DNA of 64,000 bases from Eledone cirrhosa (taxonomy: Eukaryota). The stretch is from the NCBI GenBank assembly GCA_964016885.1, contig OZ024743.1, positions 14,136,001-14,200,000 of the forward strand. The letters are read 5' to 3'. The notes under the pieces were generated by a model. The model saw only the letters and a program-made list of their open reading frames with translations, was not told the DNA's origin and made no database searches. Positions 1 to 13,822 of the stretch are shown here, in pieces. The stretch's first letter is position 1. Every line of letters starts with the position of its first letter. Position numbers and translations under genes: made by a program.

Positions 1-889
1 GAAAGCACGCGTATAAACACACACATACCCGCGGTCACTTATATGCGGAAGATAAAGAGGGAATGGAGTGTAATAGTAAAAAGAAGTGTCATTCTCGATA
101 TATGTATAAAAATGAAACAATATATGAGAATGAAATATTTTTTTTAATCAAACAGAAAGTAAGAGGGAGGGGTTATCAATTAACACTAGAAAAAAGAAAA
201 CAAACAAAGGTACGCACGTACACACAAACATATATATATATAAATATATATACATATAAATACGTACAGACAAAGCGCATGCATGCGTACATACATACAC
301 ACGAGACACGTATATATATATAACGCTACATTTATATCTAATCACACGTACGTACGCGACTATATATATATATATACATATATACATACACACCCATACA
401 TACGTATACTTATACACACATACACATACATTCACCCACATACACACACACGTATAAATAAGTATGTAAAAACATAGATATAAAAACACACACACACATA
501 TATATACGTACGCACGCACACATACGGAAGCGTTAGTATACATATACAGGACGTATAGACACATATGCACACTCACGCACATAGATACAAATTATAAACC
601 AGCCGTATGAATAAATGAGTACCAATATAAAATCGACTGCGAAACAACAGAATATATCTGGAGTGGAAAACGCAAGTGACAAACGATATCAGGTAGTGAA
701 AGAAAATGGGGAAGTAAAATGTGGAATGTGAAGATATTAGGTAATTGAATGAAAAAGTAGGGGGTTCACTGGTGGATGTGAAGTAAAAATTAAAATAAAG
801 TTAAAAATGAAAGTAAATCAGAAAGAGATGTCTGTAAAGAGGATAATTTAAGGAAAGTGAAGAACAAGAGTTTATGGAGGATAAGTATC

Positions 890-2751
890 TTAAAGTGAGT
901 TAAGTTTATATGTGCTGGAAAGCAAGTCTGATTTCTTGTGTGCGCAACTGGTGAAAATTTCTGTTTTTGTATTTAGGCAGGTTTTTGGTGATTTAAGGTT
1001 CTGTAAAATCCAATATTTTTCACTTATGCAGAGTGTGCATCTCCTTGTTCCTCTTGTATATTCTTTAGATTGGTTCAAAATTGACCAATCCAATTTATAT
1101 TGGATACCTTGGTATTTCAATCCCATATTCTGCTAGCCAGAGCTGTTGTAAATCTTTTTTCTGGATGTCGGAAAGTTGCGACATGTGAGTAATAACGCGT
1201 TTTGAATTTGTCTTGTGTCATACCCACATATCGTTCGCTGGTGGCTGGTAGGTTGTTGCTGATAGTTGTCACTTTAGCCGCATATACAATGGCTTTGGTG
1301 TTGCATTTACCTTGTATTGGGCATTCACTTTTTACTCTACAGGAGCAATGTTGATGTTCTCTGGGTGATTTCTTATTGATGATAAAAGATTTAATAGGGG
1401 GACCGCAGGAGTAGCTAATTTTGACACAGTTTCTATTGAAGACATTATAGTATCTATGTGTTCTAGGGAAATGTTTATCTAAGAGCTCTAGGAATGTTTT
1501 GCCTACATTAGTTTTAACTGCTAGAAAGTAGGGGGGGGGGGGGGGGGGTGAACCAGATTATTTTTCTTTTCCTATTATAATGTTTTAAAAGAGTTAGTAT
1601 TGTTGGGTATGTAATTAAACGGTTCGCTAAATCCGCTATTTTGAATGGCTTTATTATAGTAGGGGGATGAATTATTGAAAATAGCTTCTGAGGAAGAAAG
1701 GGTGGAGCTCCTACGGCTAATATTAGGGATAAGATTTTTTAAAAACTATAGGAAGATGGCAAGAACCTTTATTTATATATTTTAAATTTTCATTAGGTTT
1801 ATGGTACGGTTTATAAGAAGCAGTAGGCAGATATAGGTTTATATCTAGAAAATTATCATTGGAAAGTTTAGTGTCAATAGTAATTTTAAGATTAAAACTA
1901 ACGAAGGTTTTATTAAGTCTTTCCTTAATCTTTGTAAGTTATGGCCTATGGTGGTATGGGAAAGTATTAGACCATCGTCGCGATAAAGCCCCAAAATATG
2001 GTTAGGGATTTTTTCTTTAAGTGTGTGTAGGAGGAATAGGCCGACTAAATCACAAACATCAGCACTGTCAAAAGAACCCATTGAGACATCGAATGGGTTC
2101 GCTGGGTTAGATATTTTTACCCAAGTGTCATTATCAGTAAAGAGTAGAGTGTTTCTAGCATGCAAGATGACATTCTCTTCAATATCAGAAATATTGGTAA
2201 ACTTTCTAGTGAAATTTAAGGCTTTCGCTAAAAGAGTGATAGACGGGTAGAAATCTACAATGTCAAATTGGGTGAATCTAGAACTATTTTTATCTTTAAT
2301 ATTATTAAACCAATGTACTACGGAGGAGCTATTTATCCATTCGAGTAATTCAGACTTACTTCTAATCTGTGTGTGTTATATTATTTAAAATGTTTTTGCT
2401 AGCAAGACCGATATCAGTCTTAGCAGGATTGATTAATCTATAACTAGGACGATTAATAAAGTTAGGTTTGTGATCTTTAAGGGTGATATAGGCATTACGT
2501 TTAGTAAGTTTTTCTGTCCTATTATCTATTTTTAAGGAAGTAGCTAATTCTTTAGCTTCCTTATTTATATTATTATATGTGTTTATACTAGCTATTTGGT
2601 ATTTAGAGGTGATGTTATCTATTAAGAGTTGGTCATGTAAATTATTATTAACTTCGTATAAATTTTTAGTTTTGTTGGAAAAAATGAACTTATTTTTAGA
2701 AGATTTGAATATTGAAATATCATTAGATAATTTAGATTGAAAAGGGTTAGA

Positions 2752-2757
<6 letters not shown>
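890..2757 (-). mobile_element. Decayed, 5'-truncated Penelope-like element (RT + C-terminal GIY-YIG), GLYRDD-type lineage (possibly Nematis-like)
   Basis: ORF pieces 2362-2757 (AYITLKDHKPNF..RLINPAK), 1845-2165 (FDVSMGSFDSADVCDLVGLFLL..GLYRDDGL = RT core) and 890-1126 (RRCTLCISEK). Between them the minus strand reads CSCRVKSECPIQGKC..IVY..RYVGMT..FKTRY (GIY-YIG). Frameshifts present; 5' end abuts (TA)n at 2756-2797. Confidence 0.85.
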
Positions 2758-2800
<43 letters not shown>

Positions 2801-2867
2801 AAAGCGAATATGTCTTATGACATCCTTCGGCTTCTGTATATGTGTATATATATAAATATATATATAT

Positions 2868-3003
2868 ATTTCGTTTCTGAATTTGTTTAGCAAATTATTT
2901 ATCTGAAAACGTGTGTTGAAACCGATATTGTTATACTTTGGGAGGGTCATGCTGCACATAAGAAACACACGCACCAGTTCCTTTCACTCCAATTTATTAT
3001 AAA
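2868..3003 (-). repeat. Fragment of the 3' terminal (pLTR) sequence of the Naiad-like PLE family
   Basis: Reverse complement of 8870-9008 and 47608-47745. A partial inverted partner lies at about 3795-3865, on the other side of the Helitron insertion. Confidence 0.7.
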
Positions 3004-3755
3004 CTAGCAGTAAAGCCCGGCGTTGCTCGGGGTCGCTCAGTAGCTGTGTTAAAGCTACAATGTTAAGTTTCTTTTTTGGCTTAAAGTCTGTCTGCACGCC
3101 TAACGAAATTTACAGATACATATATTTTAAATAAACTTATATAATTTTTGCTTTTTTTTACGAAATATTTGCTTGTTTTACGTAGTCTTTAAATAGACTT
3201 GTTTTCAAGTAAAAATATTGTTTTAAAAGGCTTTTAAATGGAAATGAAGCAAAACGGAAGCTTAGTGTTCGAACTGATGAATTTTGCAGGTCAAAATTTT
3301 GCTGGCTCGACAACTGTTCGTGTATTGTGTTAATGTCATTTTAAACGCTGAGAAAGCCAGCGTAATTTTTTTAATTTTTGCCAGCTTATTCTTTTTTATT
3401 TTTGCACGCAGAAAATGTAAACAGAACGTAAGATGCTACGCTAAATGTAAACAGAACAAAGGGAAATCATTTTTTTAATTTTTGCACGCAGAACATGTAA
3501 AGAGAACGTAAGACGCTACGCTGAATGTAAACAGAACAAAGGGAAATAACTGATCACTTACGCTAAAAAATCGATACATTTTATTCGATTTCGTCAGATA
3601 GGGCGGGTCAATTTGAAATATTTTTTTCCGATGTCTTCGCTAGGGCTCAATGTACAAGTATAGCAATTTCGGTGCAATTCCGTCAGAGATTCTAAGAGGA
3701 GATGTGTGCCAAAAATCGATAGACAGACAGACAACCACAGTTTTATATATATAGA
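3004..3755 (-). mobile_element. Complete non-autonomous Helitron
   Basis: Minus strand begins TC(TATATATATAAAA) and ends with the hairpin CCCGAGCAACGCCGGG followed about 8 nt later by CTAG. Inserted between A and T with no TSD. Internal tandem duplication of about 80 bp (3398-3548) and a GACA repeat. Confidence 0.85.
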
Positions 3756-3859
3756 TTAAACATTTTTTTCAAACAAATTATTTTTTATTTATTTATAAAT
3801 TGGAGTGAAAGCAACTGGTGCGTGTGTTTCTTATTGGCAACATAACCCTCCCAAAGTAT

Positions 3860-3925
<66 letters not shown>

Positions 3926-4532
3926 GTGGTGTCTGTGTGTGTGTATATGTATTTGTGTATGCTTTTGACTGTGTGTGAATGTGCAAATATATTATACATT
4001 AATTCTTGCTCACTGGATATTTTCATCATAGGCAATATCATAATAATGTAAATGACCAAATTTATACATCTAACCAAATAAATGCCAAAATAGCATTTTG
4101 ATAAAAAAAGAACTCTATTAAAACATAAATCAATAGAAATACTTTCATTTATAATGGAAAATATACACATTAACGTCACTTACATTAACATGTGATTATC
4201 CTTGCTTTAGTCCAGAAACTGAATAGAATATGAACAAACAAAAAACTAATATCTATTATTATTCTAAACTATGAATCCATTAAAAGTAAATTGAGATATT
4301 CTTTTCTTGTTTTTCGGTTAAATCATTCTACGTTTGTAATAAGCAAAGGAAATTGATTTGAAGACATTTTAGATGTAACGAGCTATATAAAAGAGCTTTC
4401 GTCAAAATTATCAACAGCTTAAAGTAAATTACATGATACTATCTCGTTGTGTAAACTATTCTTGTAGAATTGTAACGCCATGTGCTTCGATTTACTACTT
4501 TCATCGTTAGCCACAGCTGAAATATCATTATA

Positions 4533-4638
4533 TCCCGCCGAGGTTAACTTTGCCTTTCATCCTTACGGGGTCCATAAAATAAAGTACCAATAATGCACTG
4601 GGTAATTGCTGGCCTTGTGCCAAAAGTAGAAACAATTA
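4533..4638 (+). mobile_element. tRNA-derived SINE, 3' part
   Basis: Matches the 3' half of the SINE at 48134-48316 (gccgaggttaactttgcctttcatccttacggggtc..gtaccaa..aaagtagaaacaatt). Confidence 0.75.
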
Positions 4639-5153
4639 TATTTGTCAATAATTTTTTACGTTGAATCCTTATATTTGACATCCATTATGAAACTAACTTC
4701 AACATATTTTATACTTGATATAATAAAAACATAAACAAAATGTTCTTGTACAATTGGTAAACGTTAGAGTGCAGGTGTTTTATTGAGTCAATGTTATATA
4801 GGAATAAAAATAAAAATCCTTATGTTTTCTCAGATATATATGCAAGCACACGCAACGAAAGAATACATTATGTATATATATATATATATCTATATATATA
4901 CATAACAAAGAGTACTCGATACGTGATGTAGTAGAGTGGGTAATACCAAAAGTTTCAGGAAGTACATCTCAATTCCCACCCTCTCCTACCACCAGAAAAG
5001 AAAATATATAAATACCACTACTTAGTTGGACAGCCAACTCCCTGATTATTTCTCATGAATGAAACAGTTCTAGTCCTGTAGGTGCTCTTCTATATTAAAA
5101 CTATATATATATATATTTAAAAGAAATAGAGGTGTGACACACGAGTTGTGATA

Positions 5154-5410
5154 TATTAGTAAAAAGGAAAAGAAAATGCTGACGAATTTTTCCCAGTGAA
5201 AAATAGTTTAATTAGGAATAAGTATAAATTAGTAATAAGTATTGGTTAGTATTCAGATTTTTGAAAACCATTAGAAATGCGCAACCGGTAAATACTTAAA
5301 ACTAAAACTGAATACTAACCAATACTTATTACTAATTTATACTTATTCCTAATTAAACTATTTTTCACTGGGAAACATGTGTCAGCATTTTCTTTTCCTT
5401 TTTACTAATA
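5154..5410. repeat. Inverted repeat (103-bp arms 5154-5256 and 5308-5410) with a decayed HHR-like motif in the spacer
   Basis: Arms are reverse complements apart from one mismatch patch. The spacer reads TTGAAAA-ccat-tagaa-atgc-GCAA-ccgg-TA. Confidence 0.75.
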
Positions 5411-5844
5411 TATATATGTGTGTGTGTGTGTATAACAAACCTGGACCATCACTTCGATATTTTGCAATATCTCAGTTAGGTTTCTGTAAATCCGAAAATC
5501 CGAAATCATCAAAATCCGCGGCTTGCGGTGAATGAAAGTTGATGGCTTTGGAAGATCGAACAGAGGATTTACTTTCTCAACAGGCCGGTTGTGTGTAAGC
5601 ACATATTTCTCCAAAAGGAGCTAACACCCGGTTTTTGGCGGTCAAATTCAAATTTTGAGCAATGGAATATGTTCCGTAGACAAACTGAATTAAGCACTCA
5701 ACTAGATTGTTATTAAACAAACATAAATAATGAACCAATCAATAGAAATGTCTAATTAAGTTAATCAATTAATCATTAGGTCTAGGAGATAGTAATATAT
5801 ATATATATAATTATAAAATGTGGAGAAGGAGCATAAAATGCATA

Positions 5845-5985
5845 AAATGCTGAAACTGGTAATAGACACTTATTAAATATATAAATAAATAAATAAATAA
5901 ATGCCATTGTTAATTAATAAATACATTAACTAATACCTTAACACTTTACACAAAGTAAAATATTTTGTGTTAAACAATTTCTAAC
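5845..5985 (+). repeat. Solo fragment of the 3' end (pLTR) of the PLE at 30905-32470
   Basis: Reverse-complement similarity to 31005-31130 (atgctgaaac.ggtaata..aaatgccattg..ctaataccttaacactt..cacaaagtaaaatattt). Confidence 0.6.
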
Positions 5986-6490
5986 CGCCCCAAAAAATAT
6001 CAGAGGAAAAATCCAGCCGTAAGCAATTAACCACATTCCTTCTAACCTGACCGCTGCTACGTCACGATTCTTAGCCATTTTTGAATGTATTCTTGGCGCG
6101 ATCACTTTGGAAAATTTATTGTCTAAATTTGAGATAACTTCCTGAAGAGCACGGTGCTCTAGGTATCCGAAGCTATCGGATATCTTAAAATGCGGAGGAA
6201 ACCATGGTAGAGGTAATTAAATATGTTCAATTTTCTCCTAGTTTATTTTACACCTAATTCTGTTCAATTGAGTGTATATCTGGGCGATTCAAACACGCTG
6301 TCGAAATACTGGATAAATATTCCGCTGCAGCCGACGCGAAGGGCTGATTTCAGTTATTTGTCGGAGATTTCTTCATAGAAGCCTTTATTCTTATAGATTG
6401 GTCTAGTCGATTTGTTATATGGTTAATTATGCTAATTGGGAGAGGAAATGGTATATATTTTGTCTGGTTATTCTATAGACATGTTTTATG

Positions 6491-6583
<93 letters not shown>

Positions 6584-6726
6584 GTATATATAGTGGTAGA
6601 ACACTGGAAGGTAATATCCGTAGTGGTAGAGTAGTCAGTCCATGGGACGAATTAGGTAGAAGTGGTTACACAACAGTTAGTTCGCCATATCGGTATGGTC
6701 AACTAACTATTGTGTAACCACTTATC

Positions 6727-6759
<33 letters not shown>

Positions 6760-6760
<1 letters not shown>

Positions 6761-9008
6761 CTTCCTCTCCCTGATAATACGCCCCATCATTGAAATGTCC
6801 TCAGATGTATGTGACAGCACCGAGGACCTCCTCAGCGGAATCGGCGAGAGTAACCGATCTAGAGACCTAACAAACTGCATAATAGATAGTATGGATGTTG
6901 TGTCCCTGTATCCATCTATTGACGTGGATTTTGCTGTGGAGAAATGCGTAGAAATGATCAGTGAGAGCAATGTTGAGTTCCGTGGGATTGACACCAGTGA
7001 GCTGGGACTCCTACTTAAACTTACCTATAGTAATAATTACCTAGACACATATGACCTTAGCAACCTGTGCCCTACAAGACCAGCAAGAGGCAGACCACCT
7101 ACCATTACCTCAATGGCCAAGAAAACCCACACAGATAGATGGAACGGGTGGACCAGAGCCATACGGACACCCGAAAACCACGATGAACTGAAGAAAATGA
7201 TTGCACATGCGGTAGGGGCCAGCATAAAACTAACCCTTAAGGAACATATGTCCAAATTTAATGGAAAAACATATGCCCAAGAGGAAGGAGCAGCCATTGG
7301 TGTTAGCATTGCAGGCGACATAGCTAACTTATTCATGGTATGGTGAGACAGTAGACTTAAACTTAAACTTAAAGAACAATTAGAAGACCCCTTAACCCTG
7401 ATAATGTACTCCCGCTACATTGATGATAAAAACATCGTAGTTAAGACACCCCCACTAGAGAACAGTCAGGAACTAGAGAAAAACACAATGGAAAGCATCC
7501 AGCAAATAGCTAACTCCATCCCCCAGAGTCTTAAAGTTACTATAGACTACCCAAGTAAACACCCCAACCATCGATTACCTGTACTAGACACAGAGCTCTG
7601 GTTAGATACAATTAATAACAAAAAACAAATCCTCCATTCCCATTATGCCAAACCCATGACTTCCAAACATCTAATCCACCGAAACTCGGCTGTTTCGGAC
7701 CATACCAAAATCAACATACTGATTGCGGATTTGGTACGGGTGATGAGAAACGTGTCCCGCATGTGCAACCCCGAAGAACTAGAGAGACACATACAACACT
7801 TCATCCACCGTATGCAGTTCTCTGGCTACAATCAGAGAGATAGAATCAGAGTGTATAGAGGAGCCAGAACCAAATGGGAACAAATGGTAAATAATGACAT
7901 ACATGGGACCTGCCCCTTGTATAGGAGCAAATTTTGGAATAGAATAGAAAGAACTAGGAATAAGGCTAATAGAATAAACTCATGGTATGATAGCAATAAA
8001 TACCAGAGTGTAATGTTCATCGATACAACCCCTAGAGGTGAATTAGCTAACAAATTTAGAAGGGCCCTAGATAAACATAAACTCAATATTAAGATAGTAG
8101 AAAGACCAGGTACCTCCGTAAAAACACTTATTAGCAAGACATACCCTTTTCAAAGACCCCCTGTATAGATAAGATATGTATAACCTGTAAATTAAGCCCC
8201 CATATTAACTGTAAAACTAGAAATGTAGTGTATAGCAAAAGATGTACTGAAGGACAATGTAGAGACAAAAATATAGTGTACATAGGTGAGACAGCTCGTA
8301 GTGTAGGTGAACGGATAAATGAACACTAGCGAGACCTTCAAGATAGTAAAGAATCATCTGTACTTTACCAACATGCTAAAATAGAACATAAAGGGTAAAT
8401 TAGAGAACATAGAAATAAAAATAGAATCTACACACAGAAAAGACGCAATATTTAGATAAATCACAGAGGCAATAAACATAAAAGAATTACAACCAAAATT
8501 AAATCGAAAACATGAGTGGAACAGCAACATCACAACTTACAATTAAGGACAAAATGAAAACACACACACACATAGAACAAACAACCAACCGGTAACATGT
8601 AAATAAACAAATAAATAAACGAATATAAACAAACACAGACACCCGGATGTGGCGCATGCGCAGAGTGAGCAGAAAACACACACACAGAAACAAAATGGCG
8701 TAGGACAGAACAAAGAGAGGCACAAAAACAAAGAAAAGAATCCCCAGTCACTGAAGAGGTCACAGAATGTGTGACGAGAGAACTTTGACAATATATAAAC
8801 AACTATCTGGTTGTGGAACCAACCAACCAACCAGAAATTTATAAATTTATAAATTCCTAAATATATAAATTTATTATAATAAATTGAAGTGAAAGCAACT
8901 GGTGCGTGTGTTTCTGATTGGAAACATGACCCTCACAAAGTATAACAATATCGGTTTCAACACACGATTTCAGATAAAGAATCTTGCTAAACAAATTCAG
9001 AAACGAAA
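6760..9008 (+). mobile_element. Decayed, 5'-truncated Naiad-like Penelope element (RT + GIY-YIG + 3' pLTR with HHR)
   Basis: SMDVVSLYPSI, GAAIGVSIAGDIANLFMVW*D, RYIDD, LPVLD..HYAKPM. After a frameshift near 8160: CIDKICITC..C..RNVVY..YIGETARS..ER..EH (GIY-YIG). Flanked by (TA)n on both sides. The clade call rests on recalled motifs. Confidence 0.8.
8747..8789 (+). ncRNA. Minimal type I hammerhead ribozyme motif (decayed)
   Basis: gtca-CTGAAGA-g-gtcaca-gaatg-tgtgac-GAGA-gaac-TT-tgac. The sister copy at 47506-47548 retains GAAA. Confidence 0.55.
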
Positions 9009-9137
9009 TATATATATATATATATAGTAATAATAATACATTTGAACAGTAAATACAAAGAGGGCTCGATAAGGATAAATATATATCAAATATATAAGAA
9101 ACGTAGAGCAAATATATATTAAAATAACAGATTAAAG

Positions 9138-9221
<84 letters not shown>

Positions 9222-9942
9222 TCATATATATATATGTGCGTGTGTATGTGTGTGTGTTGGCGCGCACGTGTAAAGGTGCATGTGTGTGTATGTATAAATT
9301 GCAATGTTATTAATATCTAAATCCCTGTAAATTATATTTATCTATCTAGATGATTCAAATCAATCAAGCCATTTATAATTCATCAATAATTAAATGTTAA
9401 ATTAATTGTACTGGTGATGTGATATCCATCGATCTATCCTCAACATTCCTACGAGGAAAAAATGACAGAGTAAATTTGATAATGTGAATTACATTTTTCA
9501 TTATGAAGGAATCCTCCTTTTATTTTGTTCACGGGCATTTAATTTCAATTGTTTTATTATTAAATTTTTTTTTTCAGATGTAATTTGCCATATCAACTTA
9601 AATCCATCGTTTTTCCTGAAGGGATTTTGCAAATAAATCGACGGATAATCTGAATATTTATCACACATTAATACAATTAATTTACCATTTAATTATTGAT
9701 AATTGTAAATTTATTCTCTAATCAAATGAAATTCTGGAAATAAATATTTTAAACTGACGGGTATCTTTGATTATTCGTCGATCAACAATCTCTCTATATA
9801 TATATGTTTGTATGGCGTTTTAACATATTGTTTAGCTCTAGTTTTCTTAACTATTGGAGCGCTTGCCAGCATTTCTACGATTTTGCGTTTCGTTTCACTT
9901 TTTCTACCGGCTGAAATACGATTCACGCTGAATTTATATTTT

Positions 9943-9982
<40 letters not shown>

Positions 9983-10147
9983 TAAGTTATATTTGTTGGG
10001 ATTCAACTCTTTCTGACATTTATTTGCATACTCACACATAACTTTGAATTACCCTAAATAAAAAAAATGTTTCCACTATCCAGAGAACCTCCAGCATTCA
10101 AGGTTGTTTTTCCGCGGGTGGGTCAACATTTAAAAAACAAATTTTGT

Positions 10148-10255
10148 ATTTTATCTGATGAAAGCGCACCAAAATTTGCCTTGGTTGTCCTTGAATATAT
10201 ATATAATAAAATAATGATGGTGTTATAAATATAGTTGCCATTTATTAATATATTG
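10148..10255 (+). repeat. Solo PLE-type 3' end with HHR motif (TATATA stem III family), followed by (TA)n
   Basis: tattttat-CTGATGA-aag..ctt-GAA(A)-tatata-TA-ataaaata. Similar copies at 28995-29105 and 32744-32850. Confidence 0.6.
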
Positions 10256-11749
<1,494 letters not shown>

Positions 11750-13822
11750 GTCTCGTGGTTGGATCTCGTAATTGTTGGCGATGAACTGTCATTCTGTTTC
11801 TGAGTGTGAGTTTAGTTTGTCCTATATAATCTTCATTGCATCCTTTACATTTAATGGCATAAATCAGATTTTTTGATGAGCAAGTGAAGTGATTTTTTAC
11901 AGTAAAATTTTGTCCTGATTTAAATGTATACGTGTTGCCTTCAATGAGGTGAGTGCAGGTTCTACAATTAGAGCGACCACATTTTTTGATACTTGGTTGT
12001 GGGTTTGTGGTAGGTAATTTGGCATTGGTGAGTAATGTTTTCAGTGATTTTGGTTGTCTTTTGCTTTTGATTATTTTGTGTGTTTCAAGGGCTTTTTTCA
12101 TTCTTGGGTTTTGTTTTAGTAGTGGGATGTTATTGTGAATAGTGTTGTAAGCTTCCGCATTTCTTGGGTTGTGTGTTGAGATATATGATAGAATATTGGA
12201 CGTACCTTGAATTTGTTTCTGTTTCCGTAATTCATCAATGCCTATTGCTTTAGCCCTTTCTATTCCATTATTTATTAGTAATAGTGGTTACTCTCTCTCA
12301 AGTAGAATTTCCTTTCATTCTTGAAGTCTTTTATTTCGCGTTTCGTAATTGGAGACAATTGTGCAAATTCTTCTTGCTAGGTTAAAAGGAATGTTCGTCT
12401 TCGTGTGCTTTGGATGGTTGGAGGTGAATAGCAGATATTGTTTGGAATCTGTTGGTTTGTAGTGTATGTCAGTTTCGATATTTGTGTCTTTTTTTGTGAT
12501 TAAGATGTCCAGAAATGGGAGTTGATCTTGGCTGTATTCCATTGTGAATTGGATGTGGTTATTGATGCCGTTTATTAAGTTTTTGAAATCCTTCAGTTGG
12601 TCGAGTGTGTGGGACCAAAGAATGAGGCAATCATCCAAGTAGCGTTTCCAATTCTCTGATAAATATTTGTGGAAGTTCAATCCGTATTTTGATTTGGACT
12701 GTTCATATATCTGGACTTCTAAGTATGCCATGACTAAGTTGGCATAAGTTGGAGCGGCTTTTGTGCCCATCGCAGTCCCCGATATTTGCTTGTAAGTATT
12801 GCCATCGAAATCAAAAAAGTTGTTCTGTAGGATGAATTTTAATCCCTCGGTGATGAAGCTTTTTTCTATTCTGTCAGGTATCTCATTGGGATATTTCTCT
12901 AGCCAGAATCCTATTGCTTCTAGTCCGTATTGGTGTGGGATCGTTGTGTAGAGATTCACTACATCGAAAGACACAATAATAGTGTCGTTGTTGACATGTT
13001 TGGGGAGGTGGTTTAAGAGGTCCAGATCGTCTCTTACAAGGCTTGGTATGTGTTTCAGTATTGGTTTCAGTAGTATGTCTATAAAGTTGCTCAATCTGTG
13101 TGTTTCACATTGTGGGCCCGCTACAATTGGTCTTAATTTAAGGTCTGTGGGGTATTGTGTGTTCACGCAGGCTGAGGTGGATTGTTTACAGGCATCGTTG
13201 ATTATTTTACATTTGTGGATCTTCGGAAGTCCGTAAATGTTGCTGGTTTTGTATTCAAAATTTGTTAAATAATCGCGTTCCTTTTTAGTTAGGTCTTCCT
13301 GGTATCGATAAATCAGTGTGTTTAATTTGGTCATTATTTTTGATTGCTGGTAGTTTTTTTCTCTTTCATAGTAATTAGCATTTTGTAAGAGAGAGAACAT
13401 AGAATTTTTATATTTTTCAGCCTCCATAATGACAACAGTACTTCCCTTGTCCGCTTCCTTAATTACAATGTCCGGATTGTTTTTTAGTTCATGGATAATC
13501 TCCCATTCCCTTCGACTTGTGTTGGGTTTGGGTTTAGGTTGCGGTAGTTCATGGTATGGGAAGGTAGCTATGTGGTCACAAAATTTGTCCAGAACTCTGT
13601 TTCTACCTTTCGTTGGGTTGTAGCTGCTTTTATTCCGTACAATTGATTCGTCGTTATTCTCCTTGTCAAAGAATTCCTCTGTGAGACATAATTTTCTACA
13701 GAAGTGTGAGATATCGTCATTTATCTCGTTGGGGTTAGGATATTGTGGTGTTGGTGTGAATTTCAGACCTTTGGAGAGAATTTTTACTTGTTGGGCTGAG
13801 AGGTTTGTATTTGAAATGTTAA

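Noticed and set aside
63-600. ORFs rich in YI/HT/CV dipeptides here and throughout the window (e.g. 37939-38331, 56207-56707)
   Set aside because: Translation artefacts of (TA)n, (CA)n and (GA)n microsatellites, which lack stop codons.
2900-2930. ctgaaaacgtgtgttgaaaccgata as an HHR
   Set aside because: The core is CUGAAAA without compensation, there is no stable stem II or stem I, and it is antisense to the element's real HHR.
6143-6185. CTGAAGA followed by the hairpin gagcac-g-gtgctc as an HHR
   Set aside because: No properly placed GAAA..UH and no stem I complement.
7344-7346. In-frame TGA in the Naiad-like RT as possible selenocysteine
   Set aside because: It falls at the second Trp of a W-W-D-type motif (TGG to TGA). 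The element has other stops and frameshifts, its Cys codons are ordinary, and no convincing SECIS was seen.
12285-12317. Stops between the RT and GIY-YIG ORFs as programmed readthrough or separate genes
   Set aside because: The reading frame is the same on both sides, and the stops replace expected Leu and Tyr in the L..R.YP thumb motif; simple nonsense mutations.
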